From: Minisyncoccia bacterium
Lineage (GTDB): Bacteria > Patescibacteriota > Minisyncoccia > Phycocordibacterales > JAACPR01
Direction of reading: 5' to 3'
NCBI GenBank assembly: GCA_047639165.1
Contig: JBLINH010000001.1
Coordinates: forward strand, 6,054 to 70,053
DNA length: 64,000 bases
Shown here piece by piece: positions 9,441 through 18,707 of this stretch. Each line of letters begins with the position of its first letter. Position 1 is the stretch's first letter. Below the pieces are notes generated by a model that saw only the letters and a list, made by a program, of their open reading frames with translations, was not told where the DNA came from and ran no database searches. A program made the position numbers and the translations under genes.

Positions 9441-10497
9441 CTATCACGCCAATTACTGCAAAGATTGTGGATAATACCCAGTATCTCATTGTTACCTTGT
9501 GAGGTGGCCATCCCTTAGCTTCAAAGTGGTGATGGATGGGAGCAGAAAGAAATACTTTCTTCCCGTTTCTAAACTTCTTTGAAAGTACTTGAATGATTAC
9601 AGAAAGAGTTGTTAGTACTAACGGCATTGCGATGATTGGTAGTACAAAAATTCCAAATCCTTCCGCCAGATTATCAGTCATGAAGGCAACAATACCTAGT
9701 GTAACTGTTAGACCCATTGTTCCTGTTTCGGACATATAGAATCTGGCTGGTGGAATATTGAACCAAAGAAAGGCTAGAAGACCACCGACAATCAATGCAC
9801 AAAAAGCTGCGAGATTGACCTGGTCGTATGCAAATGCAATTAGTGCGTACGCACTGAACATAATAGCAAACACACCTCCTGCTAGACCATCAATTCCGTC
9901 GATAACTCCACCAGAGTAAAGAGCTAGGATAACAAGTGTAAAGAACGGAATGATTAACCACCCAAGTGAAAGTGTTTCAATAAAGGGAAAACCGATTGAT
10001 GAAATTCCAAGTTTTGTGTAGAACCAAAAAGAAACTATAAGACCTATGAGTCCAACAACAACTAGTCTTTTCTTTAGAGACAGTCCACCTGCGTGGTGAT
10101 CCCCCGTATCGGATACTTCCATGTAATCGTCTACTAATCCTACAAACCCTCCCAAGAGAAGAGTAGCAAGTGGAATCCATGTTTGGTTTCTACTTAGAAA
10201 ATCTAATTTATCAAAAACATCAAAAGGTAAGAACTTAGCAAGAGACCAAAGACCTGTAATTACAATGAAGGAGCTAATCCAAACTATTACACCACCCATT
10301 CTAGGTGTGTTCATTTCCCTATCTTTGTGGAGACTTGCAAACACAGGAGCCGGACGTCCATCTACTGCCACAGACTTTACTTTCTTCTTCCACATCTTGT
10401 TTCTGTACAAGTAGCCAGAGACTGCTGGAGTTATGAGAATACCTACAAAGAAGGCTAATATTGAAGGTAGTATTACTTTAACTACGTCTATTAACAT
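9424..10497 (-). CDS. mraY: Phospho-N-acetylmuramoyl-pentapeptide-transferase
   Basis: APIHHHFE motif and a multi-TM profile. Confidence 0.9.
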   Translation of the reverse strand: MLIDVVKVILPSILAFFVGILITPAVSGYLYRNKMWKKKVKSVAVDGRPAPVFASLHKDREMNTPRMGGVIVWISSFIVITGLWSLAKFLPFDVFDKLDFLSRNQTWIPLATLLLGGFVGLVDDYMEVSDTGDHHAGGLSLKKRLVVVGLIGLIVSFWFYTKLGISSIGFPFIETLSLGWLIIPFFTLVILALYSGGVIDGIDGLAGGVFAIMFSAYALIAFAYDQVNLAAFCALIVGGLLAFLWFNIPPARFYMSETGTMGLTVTLGIVAFMTDNLAEGFGIFVLPIIAMPLVLTTLSVIIQVLSKKFRNGKKVFLSAPIHHHFEAKGWPPHKVTMRYWVLSTIFAVIGVIVALVA

Positions 10498-10549
10498 AAT
10501 GGAAAGTATAGCGTATTCCTTTTATTTTTACTATTCATATGAAAAAGAT

Positions 10550-11503
10550 TTACTCACTCAAATAGTATTGAAATACAGCTTTGGCTAATCTATCTACATC
10601 ATCAAATCTTCCATCAATGGTTGAACCCAGTACTACTATAGCAACAGGATTGTTCAATCCAGGATTGATAACCACTGCAAGATTTCCTCCAGCAAGATCA
10701 GTATATCCAGTCTTTGATCCAACTATGTTTGGAAGACTCCCTACAATATTATTTGTGTTCGTCACTTCATACTCAAATCCATTAATGCTCGTTGTATTAA
10801 AAGTGGGCTCTACTGTCGCCTCTAGTAGGTATGGGTAGTTATTTAAAATATATTCCATAAGAATTGTCATGTCTTTTGCAGATCCTTTTGCTCCTGGAGT
10901 AGTCTCATCTACATCAAGTCCTGTTTCGTTCTTGAATCTTGTAGCACTCATACCAATTCTTTTTGCAAAGTCATTCATTTGATTAACAGAAGAATTATCG
11001 TCAGTAGGAAGTATAGACCCAATAGCTGAAGCTATGGCAGATGCCCCATCATTTGATGATGATACAAGTGTTAGATCTGTGATGTTTTTTAATTTAAATA
11101 CCTCATTGATATGGAATCCATTATCCCCTTCCATATCAAGATTCTCTTTTCTCACCACTACATCACCTTCTCTACCGAGAACTTCAATAGCAGTTAGTGC
11201 TGTCATCATTTTTGTTAGAGACGCTAATGGAATAGATTCATTAGCCTTCTTTGCGTATAGGATTTTTCCAGACTCTAGTTCTTTTACATATGCAGACATA
11301 GCTTGTATATCTATATCCTCAAAATCCTCCCCAACTTCTAGAGTGTTAACAAAACCCTCATTGATGTTATCCGGAACCTCTTTTTCATCAACCACTATTT
11401 TTGTGAGTATGAAAGCCACAATAAGTACTATAATAGGACCGATTAAGACAAAAGCAGTCATTAGAAAATCCTTATTCCTTTGTATGTTATTACTCTCCAG
11501 CAT
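10550..11503 (-). CDS. Serine-type D-Ala-D-Ala carboxypeptidase (peptidase S11, PBP5-like)
   Basis: SLTK (SxxK), SSN (SxN) and KTG motifs, with an N-terminal membrane anchor. Confidence 0.8.
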   Translation of the reverse strand: MLESNNIQRNKDFLMTAFVLIGPIIVLIVAFILTKIVVDEKEVPDNINEGFVNTLEVGEDFEDIDIQAMSAYVKELESGKILYAKKANESIPLASLTKMMTALTAIEVLGREGDVVVRKENLDMEGDNGFHINEVFKLKNITDLTLVSSSNDGASAIASAIGSILPTDDNSSVNQMNDFAKRIGMSATRFKNETGLDVDETTPGAKGSAKDMTILMEYILNNYPYLLEATVEPTFNTTSINGFEYEVTNTNNIVGSLPNIVGSKTGYTDLAGGNLAVVINPGLNNPVAIVVLGSTIDGRFDDVDRLAKAVFQYYLSE

Positions 11504-12035
11504 CTTGGTTATTTATGAAGTCATCTATATCTTTTTGAATTTGTTCGTACTCGGGCATATCTTCCTTTCTAGATATTCCAAGAAATTGAATAGTTTCAAA
11601 AGTTGGTCTATACAGGAAGGATCTGTCATCCTTTGGATCCGCCTTCTTTTCAATCAGACCCCTAATCAAGAGGGTTCTCAGTATGAACTGTGAACTTACT
11701 CCTCTTATGTAATCTACCTCACTTCGCTTCACAGGTCCACGATATACGATAATCGTCAATGTTTCAAGTGCTGCTTTTGATAATGACTTATTTAAGTCAT
11801 TTTTTCTTAGTTTTTCTATGGTCTCAGAAAGCTCATCATTTGTAACAAGAAGTACACTTCCATCTTTTTCTATCACAGATAATCCTGAATTAGATAACCT
11901 TTCTTTTAGGTCCACTATCCCCTTTCTCGTTTCTTCTACTGAAATATCGAGGATAGTAGAAAGATTCGTTATCTTTACAGGTTCTCCTTTGTAAAAGAGT
12001 ACCGCTTCTATTTTTTTATCAAGTGATGTTTCCAT
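11490..12035 (-). CDS. scpB: Segregation and condensation protein B
   Basis: Winged-helix ScpB signature ETLTIIVYRGPVKRSEVDYIRGV. Confidence 0.85.
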   Translation of the reverse strand: METSLDKKIEAVLFYKGEPVKITNLSTILDISVEETRKGIVDLKERLSNSGLSVIEKDGSVLLVTNDELSETIEKLRKNDLNKSLSKAALETLTIIVYRGPVKRSEVDYIRGVSSQFILRTLLIRGLIEKKADPKDDRSFLYRPTFETIQFLGISRKEDMPEYEQIQKDIDDFINNQDAGE

Positions 12036-12776
12036 TTATGAGTAGTTAGGAGTTGTTACTTCTGTTGTTTCCATTTGTATGTCCGCGTAGTCGGAATGTT
12101 GATTAACATTTATGATTCCTTGTTTTACAAGTTCGAGCATAGCTAGAAAACTAATGATAACATTTACTCTTTCTTCTTTGCTCATCTCTTTTCCAGATCC
12201 TGAGAATTCTCTGAAAGTCATTTGTAAACCATTTCGTATTCTTTTGCTTAGATTCTCGATAACGTCATTGAGACTCAGTACTTTTTGTACTGCAACTTCT
12301 TGAAGTTTTTCAACTTTAGGAAATAGGTTTATAACTACCCTGACCAGTGTTCCTAAGTTAGTTTTAGATATCTGATCGTCTGGAACAAACATAGGTTCAG
12401 TGTTTTTGTAACCACCTCCAGTGAATGAAATATTTTTTCCAAACATTTCACTTGTATGAACCGATACTTCTTGTAGCCTCTTGTATATTTTTAGTCTTGT
12501 TTCTAGGTCCTCGATACTCTGTTCCTCATCTTCCGTTAGTTCAATTGATGGTAACAGTGATTTGGACTTTATCAGTAATAGCGTTGAAGCTGTAAGGATG
12601 AAGTGTGAGGTTTTCTTCAAAGAGACTTTATCCAAGTCATTTATGTAGTTTATATAGTCATCGGTAACTTGAGAAAGAGATATGTCATTGATTAAGAGTT
12701 TCCTCTTTTCAATCAAAGACAGAAGAAGGTCCATAGGACCTTCAAATACTTCGGTTTTTATCTCAAACCCTGTCAT
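12036..12776 (-). CDS. scpA: Segregation and condensation protein A
   Basis: ScpA N-terminus FEGPMDLLLSLIEKRKLLINDISLSQVTDDY. Lies directly upstream of scpB. Confidence 0.85.
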   Translation of the reverse strand: MTGFEIKTEVFEGPMDLLLSLIEKRKLLINDISLSQVTDDYINYINDLDKVSLKKTSHFILTASTLLLIKSKSLLPSIELTEDEEQSIEDLETRLKIYKRLQEVSVHTSEMFGKNISFTGGGYKNTEPMFVPDDQISKTNLGTLVRVVINLFPKVEKLQEVAVQKVLSLNDVIENLSKRIRNGLQMTFREFSGSGKEMSKEERVNVIISFLAMLELVKQGIINVNQHSDYADIQMETTEVTTPNYS

Positions 12777-13369
12777 TATATTTCAGCGCTAAACTTAATT
12801 TGTACCTCATTGTCAGCTAAAATTACATCTAAACCGAATGGTTCTGTATCGATGATGAAGTCAGCTGAAATAATACCCCCTTCTTGAGCTACTGGGAATG
12901 TAACTTCTTTTGGAACTCCTTTAATGGTTAGAACTCCAGTTACGTTTCCTTTTGTCTCTGAAACTCTTTCAGCTTTAGTTAGCTTGAATGTAGATTTAGG
13001 GTATTTCGCACAGTTAAAGAATATCTCTGTACACAGGTCAGTGTTTAGTTTACCTATCCCAGCATCAATTGATGAGTTATCAAATGTGATTGTTCCCCCA
13101 GTGAAATGATCTCCATTGTGTTCTATGTTTTTTATAGACATCTTATGGAAAGTACCTTCATGACTTTTTCCAGGACCGAAACCTATAAATTTGAAATCTA
13201 ATTTACTTAGATCGTAGCTTACTCCAGATTCTTCAATTACTTCCCCTTTGTTTACTTCAACATCCTTGATATCAGCTCTCTCTATATCTTTAGGTGCTCC
13301 ACTTGTGGCTAGAACTATGGCTAGTATCACCGCGATTATGAGTACTATGGTTACAATTACTTTTTTCAT
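12776..13369 (-). CDS. YceI-like family protein
   Basis: Signal peptide or anchor, about 190 aa, with a YceI-like beta-barrel sequence pattern. Confidence 0.5.
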   Translation of the reverse strand: MKKVIVTIVLIIAVILAIVLATSGAPKDIERADIKDVEVNKGEVIEESGVSYDLSKLDFKFIGFGPGKSHEGTFHKMSIKNIEHNGDHFTGGTITFDNSSIDAGIGKLNTDLCTEIFFNCAKYPKSTFKLTKAERVSETKGNVTGVLTIKGVPKEVTFPVAQEGGIISADFIIDTEPFGLDVILADNEVQIKFSAEI

Positions 13370-13522
13370 TTGATTGAAGGTTATTTGTGTAAGTTAGGGG
13401 TATTATATCATTTTTGAATATTTTACTCGAGGTTCAGTGTTTGAGTATAGATATAGATAGAAAGAGGGAGTACTTAACTAAAGATCAAACAAATAAAGAT
13501 TTTGTTAATCCGGAACCTATTA

Positions 13523-13999
13523 TTACGATTCAGTAATAACACTCCACAATCTATCAGCACATTCTCCACTAAAGTTATGATCACAGTTTTCTAGTATCAC
13601 TAATTCCCCACCAACTTTAGTATTTAATTCTTCAGATATTTTATATCCACCATTACGAGCTCCAACAATTAAGATATTTTTTATATCTTTAACTTTCTCA
13701 CTTAAATCAGGAAGTGAATTAAGTTTGTCAGATAGAAACTCGGGATGTCGTGATGGTTCCAGAAAAATAGATCTTTTAACACTACTGTCTATACAGTGCG
13801 CTCCCAAACTATGAGATATTACAAGATCATATTGTTCAAGGTTTTTTATATTAAAATCTTCTTCGGAAACATCTTTTTTATCAAAAGGGAAAATACCTTC
13901 AATTAAGCCACCTTTTTCTTTGTACGAATTAGACAAGAAGATGAATAGATCATCATCTGCGGTTTCTTGTAATCCTCCTATGTATAGAGTTTTATTCAT
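13523..13999 (-). CDS. YdeN/RBBP9-like serine hydrolase (alpha/beta fold)
   Basis: DLVISHSLGAHCI matches the YdeN LVAHSLGC nucleophile elbow, and there is a C-terminal His region. Confidence 0.5.
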   Translation of the reverse strand: MNKTLYIGGLQETADDDLFIFLSNSYKEKGGLIEGIFPFDKKDVSEEDFNIKNLEQYDLVISHSLGAHCIDSSVKRSIFLEPSRHPEFLSDKLNSLPDLSEKVKDIKNILIVGARNGGYKISEELNTKVGGELVILENCDHNFSGECADRLWSVITES

Positions 14000-14880
14000 T
14001 TGGAAGTAATTATCAAAGCTTGGGATGCCTCTCCTTTTTTGTGAATAGTTAAATAATCAAAATGCTCTTGATTTATTTCCATTAACCAATACTCTTCTAA
14101 CGGCCAATAGAAACCAGCCTGTTCGATTAAATTAGTATTTTTTAAAAGAGTATCAGATGTTGGTATAATAACTGGCTCATCTGATTTTTTATTTTTAAAA
14201 ATACGGTCTGCTAAAGCTGTTACTGAATTATGTGTTTTTTCAAAAGCGAACTCAACTTGTTCATATATACCATTAGAATTTCGAGCTCTCATTAATCCTC
14301 TTGACGTGTGTTGTGCGATAGAAACATATTTTTGTCCAAACTCCTCAATTAGAAATTTCCCAACATCTTTCTGTTTCTCTATAACATATTTACCAACATG
14401 CATATTGTGTGCGCTAAAGAAGTGAATAGCATCTTTGCAATAATGTTTTTTTATATTATTAAAAATAATATAACTATGACTCTTTAACATCTTTTCCTGA
14501 TCCATAGATTTTTTCTCATTTGGATTCCTAAAATCAACACCATGGATCTCAATTTGTACCCCATCGTTCATAGATAGTTTAGCGAGTGAGAGAAGAAGGT
14601 TGTAAATTTCCTGTGTTTGCCAAATTTTATACAACTTATTTAAACAGCTTTTAATATTTACTTCTATTAAAGAGTCATTGTTTTTAATCTTCTCGAGTAA
14701 CTCGTGTATTGGATCTTCGTATGCCTCAAGGTAGAAAACAATTTTTTTGTCTTTATTACTTCGTATATGATCAAGAATTAGGTTGTGTTTCCAATTACTC
14801 TCTGTAGATGACCCGTGTGAAGATTCTCCGAGCCCTATGATATTTCCTGGGTTAAATATTTTTTTTGGTAATCTAAACAT
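13996..14880 (-). CDS. Erythromycin-esterase/ChaN-like protein (Tiki/TraB superfamily)
   Basis: N-terminal IIGLGESSHGS resembles the GEATHG/GExH motif. Overlaps the downstream hydrolase gene by 4 nt. Confidence 0.4.
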   Translation of the reverse strand: MFRLPKKIFNPGNIIGLGESSHGSSTESNWKHNLILDHIRSNKDKKIVFYLEAYEDPIHELLEKIKNNDSLIEVNIKSCLNKLYKIWQTQEIYNLLLSLAKLSMNDGVQIEIHGVDFRNPNEKKSMDQEKMLKSHSYIIFNNIKKHYCKDAIHFFSAHNMHVGKYVIEKQKDVGKFLIEEFGQKYVSIAQHTSRGLMRARNSNGIYEQVEFAFEKTHNSVTALADRIFKNKKSDEPVIIPTSDTLLKNTNLIEQAGFYWPLEEYWLMEINQEHFDYLTIHKKGEASQALIITSK

Positions 14881-15113
14881 AAGCAGATTTTATCATAATT
14901 AATTTCCATGTATCCTGTGATATATTATCCGTATGGTCATAGACATAGAACTAACATTAAATAGGTTTGGTTTTGGAAAGATTTCGGAAAATAAGTTTCA
15001 ATTATTTTGTTTCAGATTTTCCAAATGGAATATACCAAACAAGCACTCTATTTCTTTTGAGATAAACTGGAGGACGGGAGGTAAAGCCTAAACATTCATT
15101 CTTTATCCATCCA

Positions 15114-15632
15114 CTAATTCGATACCTCTGAATTTAGTCGCGACTTAGCTTCTTTTAAAATAGCTAAATCCCTCTCAACCATAAATTGCCCTCCATAATT
15201 GTTGGTCTTAATATCAGCTACTAAGACAATGGCTTCATCCAGATCAACCCAGTGTATTTCATAACCACTTTCAATTTCAGATTCTGTGAAATTAGGTTTG
15301 TTCTTGTCTCCAACAACCTTAGCAAAAAAGTTGTGTGATTCTTGGAATAGTTCTTGCTGACCACGATATTCAATAACCATTCCTAACTCTTCACCAATTT
15401 CAATATCACATCCAATTTCCTCTTCCGCTTCTCTTTCTAAGCCTTGCTTAATAGTTTCTCCTCCTTCTACTCCACCACCCGGTAATTTATAGTAGTTATA
15501 TGTTGATACTTTAAGTAATGCAATCTTATCATCAGTATCAAATATAACTGCTCTAGCAGCGACTCGTTTACGAAATTTTGTTACCTCTAAATCTTTAATA
15601 TTTTCTGGATTTATGATTTTAAGTTCTCTCAT
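15114..15632 (-). CDS. NUDIX hydrolase
   Basis: Nudix box GGGVEGGETIKQGLEREAEEEIG. Confidence 0.85.
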   Translation of the reverse strand: MRELKIINPENIKDLEVTKFRKRVAARAVIFDTDDKIALLKVSTYNYYKLPGGGVEGGETIKQGLEREAEEEIGCDIEIGEELGMVIEYRGQQELFQESHNFFAKVVGDKNKPNFTESEIESGYEIHWVDLDEAIVLVADIKTNNYGGQFMVERDLAILKEAKSRLNSEVSN

Positions 15633-16054
15633 ATAGATTTCTTTAATTCTTCAGTAATTTGAATAAGTACTTCTTCTGAGATTTTTTCTACATTCTCTTC
15701 TCCTCTTAAGTAGTGATGTGCGAAATTTGGATCTGAAAAAGTTTTTCCAGCAACATTAACAGGATCTTCGTGTCTTGGTCTTAGATGCCAATGAACTCTT
15801 GGAGTCGGTGGATTATTCTTATATGCGTTATTCATTAAACAAGTCCAATTAAACATTGTTGCATTAAAAGTTTTTTTAAAGAGATCCTCAGTCTTTTTAA
15901 CAATTTTATAAAAATCGTCACTTTCTTCTTTAGATATTTCTGATAGATGACCGCAATCTCTTTTTAATAGGATTAATGATCTTCCTAGATATTTCTGATC
16001 CTGCATTAAATACACTTCCCAGTAGGATGTTTCAAAAATTAACTCTTTTTTCAT
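15629..16054 (-). CDS. HIT-family nucleotide hydrolase/transferase-like protein
   Basis: GRSLILLKRDCGHLSEIS...EE and RVHWHLRPR fit the HIT fold pattern with two of the three His of the triad. Overlaps the NUDIX gene by 4 nt. Confidence 0.5.
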   Translation of the reverse strand: MKKELIFETSYWEVYLMQDQKYLGRSLILLKRDCGHLSEISKEESDDFYKIVKKTEDLFKKTFNATMFNWTCLMNNAYKNNPPTPRVHWHLRPRHEDPVNVAGKTFSDPNFAHHYLRGEENVEKISEEVLIQITEELKKSI

Positions 16055-16085
16055 TTAGTGATTATAGCAGAAATAGATTTGAAGA

Positions 16086-16607
16086 TTATTTATTATATAC
16101 TTCCAATCCTCTTCGAAGAACTTCAAGCTTAAATGGCTTGTCTTCTATGTAATCAGTATATTCTTCAAGGTCAATCCACTTTATACCTGTAATATTTCCA
16201 GCTATGTCTTCTACAAAGTCTCCATCAGGGATAACTTCACAGAGATATAGTGCTCGGTAGTATGTATCACCAGTTGAAGCTTTAATTTTCTGATAAGAAA
16301 TTGGTTTCCAAGATTCAACTATACAGTTTGTTTCTTCCAGAACCTCTCTTTTTAGAGTGTCGATGATATTTTCTCCATCTTCTCGACTTCCACCGGGAAT
16401 ACTCCAAATATTCCATTTTGGATGAAAAACAACAAGTAGTTTGCCATTATGGATACATACAGCATGAGATTTTTCAATGAGATTATCTGGAATATTAGAA
16501 AAATCGTCCACATTTACATGTTTAACGTCACATCTCTCATTTTTGAATGTAATTACTTTCTTGAATAGAATTCCTTTTTTGTTCATGTGTAAAAGATAGT
16601 AACACAT
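16086..16607 (-). CDS. NUDIX hydrolase (second copy)
   Basis: Nudix box GGSREDGENIIDTLKREVLEETN. The ATG at 16586 is an alternative start. Confidence 0.8.
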   Translation of the reverse strand: MCYYLLHMNKKGILFKKVITFKNERCDVKHVNVDDFSNIPDNLIEKSHAVCIHNGKLLVVFHPKWNIWSIPGGSREDGENIIDTLKREVLEETNCIVESWKPISYQKIKASTGDTYYRALYLCEVIPDGDFVEDIAGNITGIKWIDLEEYTDYIEDKPFKLEVLRRGLEVYNK

Positions 16608-16687
16608 TCAATTTAAACCACTACTTTATTTTTTTTTGAATGACTTTTAAGAAAGAATAAAATAGATAAATTTGTTGGTTTCTTATA

Positions 16688-17487
16688 TTAAGTCAATAAT
16701 CCTAATTCTCTTAGTATTGGCTCCCAAACAAAAACATGACTTCTTCCATAAACAATAAATTGGGCATTTCTATCACTGTGTTTTTCTTTTATTTTTTTAA
16801 TAACATAAGCATCTCTAGTTATTGTTATAAATTCTGCTACATCACGAATAGGATTATCCTTATTAGTTGGATCAGCTAGTAAATATGAATTTTTAATTTC
16901 CATATCGTCTAATTTACCGTCAAAAATATTATATTTACCAAGTATTCTCTGTAAATCAGAAATATTAAAAACCATATCAGATAATGAATAACTGTTAAAT
17001 TTATCTAAGAAGTATTGAATGTATTCTGATAATTTTTTTTCTTTTATATTTTCATTAAAATATTGATACATCACATCTCCCATTTGTGACAAAAATGTTT
17101 TTTCAATTCCGTATTTTTGCACCGATTCATATAATAATTTCTTTTTAGAAGGGTCATAACATTCGATGTCAATTCCATCCCTATTAGCTATAAATGTTAA
17201 ATATCCACCTTCGCCACCTTCTTTCTGAAGTGATTCAACAATATTATTTGCAACATTTCTAAAACCACCTTCAACTACTGCTACTTTTTTTCAGAATCAT
17301 TTCTTAAAAATTTAGTCCAATGTTTATCCAGTACCTTTATCTGGTCGTCATCTAAAGAAAAAGTATGTTTCATTCCGATAATTAAAAGATTTTTGTTTTG
17401 TAATATGTACGGAGATTCACCCATGACACCCTTGTCCGAGTAACTATTATTATTTTTTAGATAATTGCGGATTTCTTCTATTTTCAT
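16688..17487 (-). pseudogene. TraB/GumN/PrgY-family protein (Tiki superfamily) disrupted by a frameshift at an A7 homopolymer
   Basis: The N-terminal ORF (to 17281) carries LLIIGMKHTF (GTxH-like). The downstream frame has no canonical start and ends in FIVYGRSHVF (GAGHL-like). The two frames meet at the T7 run 17285-17291, which is A7 in the mRNA. Confidence 0.5.
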
Positions 17488-17504
17488 AAAGTAAAGATTA
17501 GCAT

Positions 17505-17536
17505 AAAAAAGCATCGTGGCCACTACGCCACGATGC
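17505..17536 (-). terminator. Rho-independent terminator downstream of trpS
   Basis: 10-bp stem gcatcgtggc/gccacgatgc with loop cactac, followed by a T6 run on the minus strand. Confidence 0.6.
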
Positions 17537-17724
17537 TGAATATTGAAGTTTAATTTGTTCCATATTGAAGAAAGGATTTCTTATCTTCCCTATGTCCTTA
17601 AAAAAAGACTCTGCCTCTAACTTCACCTTTTCAAAGTTTTTGTCTTCCCAGTTCTCTTTTTGATCAGCTTGTTCCATAAAATAAACATTAATAAATTTAT
17701 GTATATTAGTAAAAATATTTAATT

Positions 17725-18693
17725 CTATCTAAACCCCACTTTCTCTCTAACCTCTTTCATCTTCTTTTCCAACATCTTGTTAGCCTTCTTTCCTCCATTT
17801 TTGAGTATCTTGAGTACTTTTGCAGGGTTTCGGGCAATCTTTTCTCTTCTCTCCCTTAAAGGCGATATAAAGGATATAAGGTCCTCTATAAGCATGTCCT
17901 TAGCTTCTTTGTACCCCATTCCACCTTCTCTGTATCTTTTAGCTAAATCTAGAGTTTCACTCTCGTTTAAAAGCAGTTTATGTATATTATAAATATTGTT
18001 TGTCTCTGGGTCTTTTGACTCCTCTACCCCCTTTGAATCTGTTTCGATCTTCATCACTGCAGATTTGATCTCGTCATCATCAGCAAAGAGTGGAATTGTA
18101 TTCCCATAGCTCTTACTCATCTTTTTTCCATCAATTCCTGGAACAGTTGAAACACTTTCAAGAATTAGTTCCTTTGGAAGTTTGAAAGTTTCTCCATAAA
18201 TTCTGTTGAACTTCTCGGCTATATCTCTCGCTATTTCAACGTGTTGTTTCTGGTCTTTTCCGACTGGTACTATATCAGCACCTGGAAGAAGAATGTCCGC
18301 CGCCATCAGAATTGGATAGTTGAACACTCCAACATTGATTTCTTTGTCTTTAGCCTCTGCATCCTTAAAAGCATGAGCTCTCATTAGGTACGGCATTGTT
18401 GTTAGACAGTCAAAAATCCACGCAAGCTCCGTGACTTGGGGGACATCTGATTGTTTATATATATTTACTTTCTTTGGATCAAGACCTATAGCTAGGTAGT
18501 CAATTACAAGATCAAGAGTTAGTTTCTCCATCTCCTCCTTGTTTTGAATTGATGTCAGTGAGTGAAGATTAGCTATGAATATGTTTGATGTATATTCTCC
18601 TTGTAGTCCTACGAATTGTTTCATTGCACCAAAATAGTTTCCAATATGAGGTCTTCCTGTTGGCTTTACGCCAGAGAGTAGTGTCTTTTTCAT
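17725..18693 (-). CDS. trpS: Tryptophan--tRNA ligase
   Basis: KPTGRPHIGNYFGAM (HIGH-like) and KMSKS motifs, 322 aa. Confidence 0.9.
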   Translation of the reverse strand: MKKTLLSGVKPTGRPHIGNYFGAMKQFVGLQGEYTSNIFIANLHSLTSIQNKEEMEKLTLDLVIDYLAIGLDPKKVNIYKQSDVPQVTELAWIFDCLTTMPYLMRAHAFKDAEAKDKEINVGVFNYPILMAADILLPGADIVPVGKDQKQHVEIARDIAEKFNRIYGETFKLPKELILESVSTVPGIDGKKMSKSYGNTIPLFADDDEIKSAVMKIETDSKGVEESKDPETNNIYNIHKLLLNESETLDLAKRYREGGMGYKEAKDMLIEDLISFISPLRERREKIARNPAKVLKILKNGGKKANKMLEKKMKEVREKVGFR

Positions 18694-18707
18694 TTCCCTA
18701 TTCTACC

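Noticed and set aside
11034-11693. A 219-aa plus-strand ORF. Other long antisense ORFs occur at 475-738, 28462-28920, 20829-21251, 25079-25417 and 45863-46342.
   Set aside because: Each lies inside a well-supported conserved gene on the opposite strand and has S/L/F-rich low-complexity translations typical of antisense frames in AT-rich DNA.
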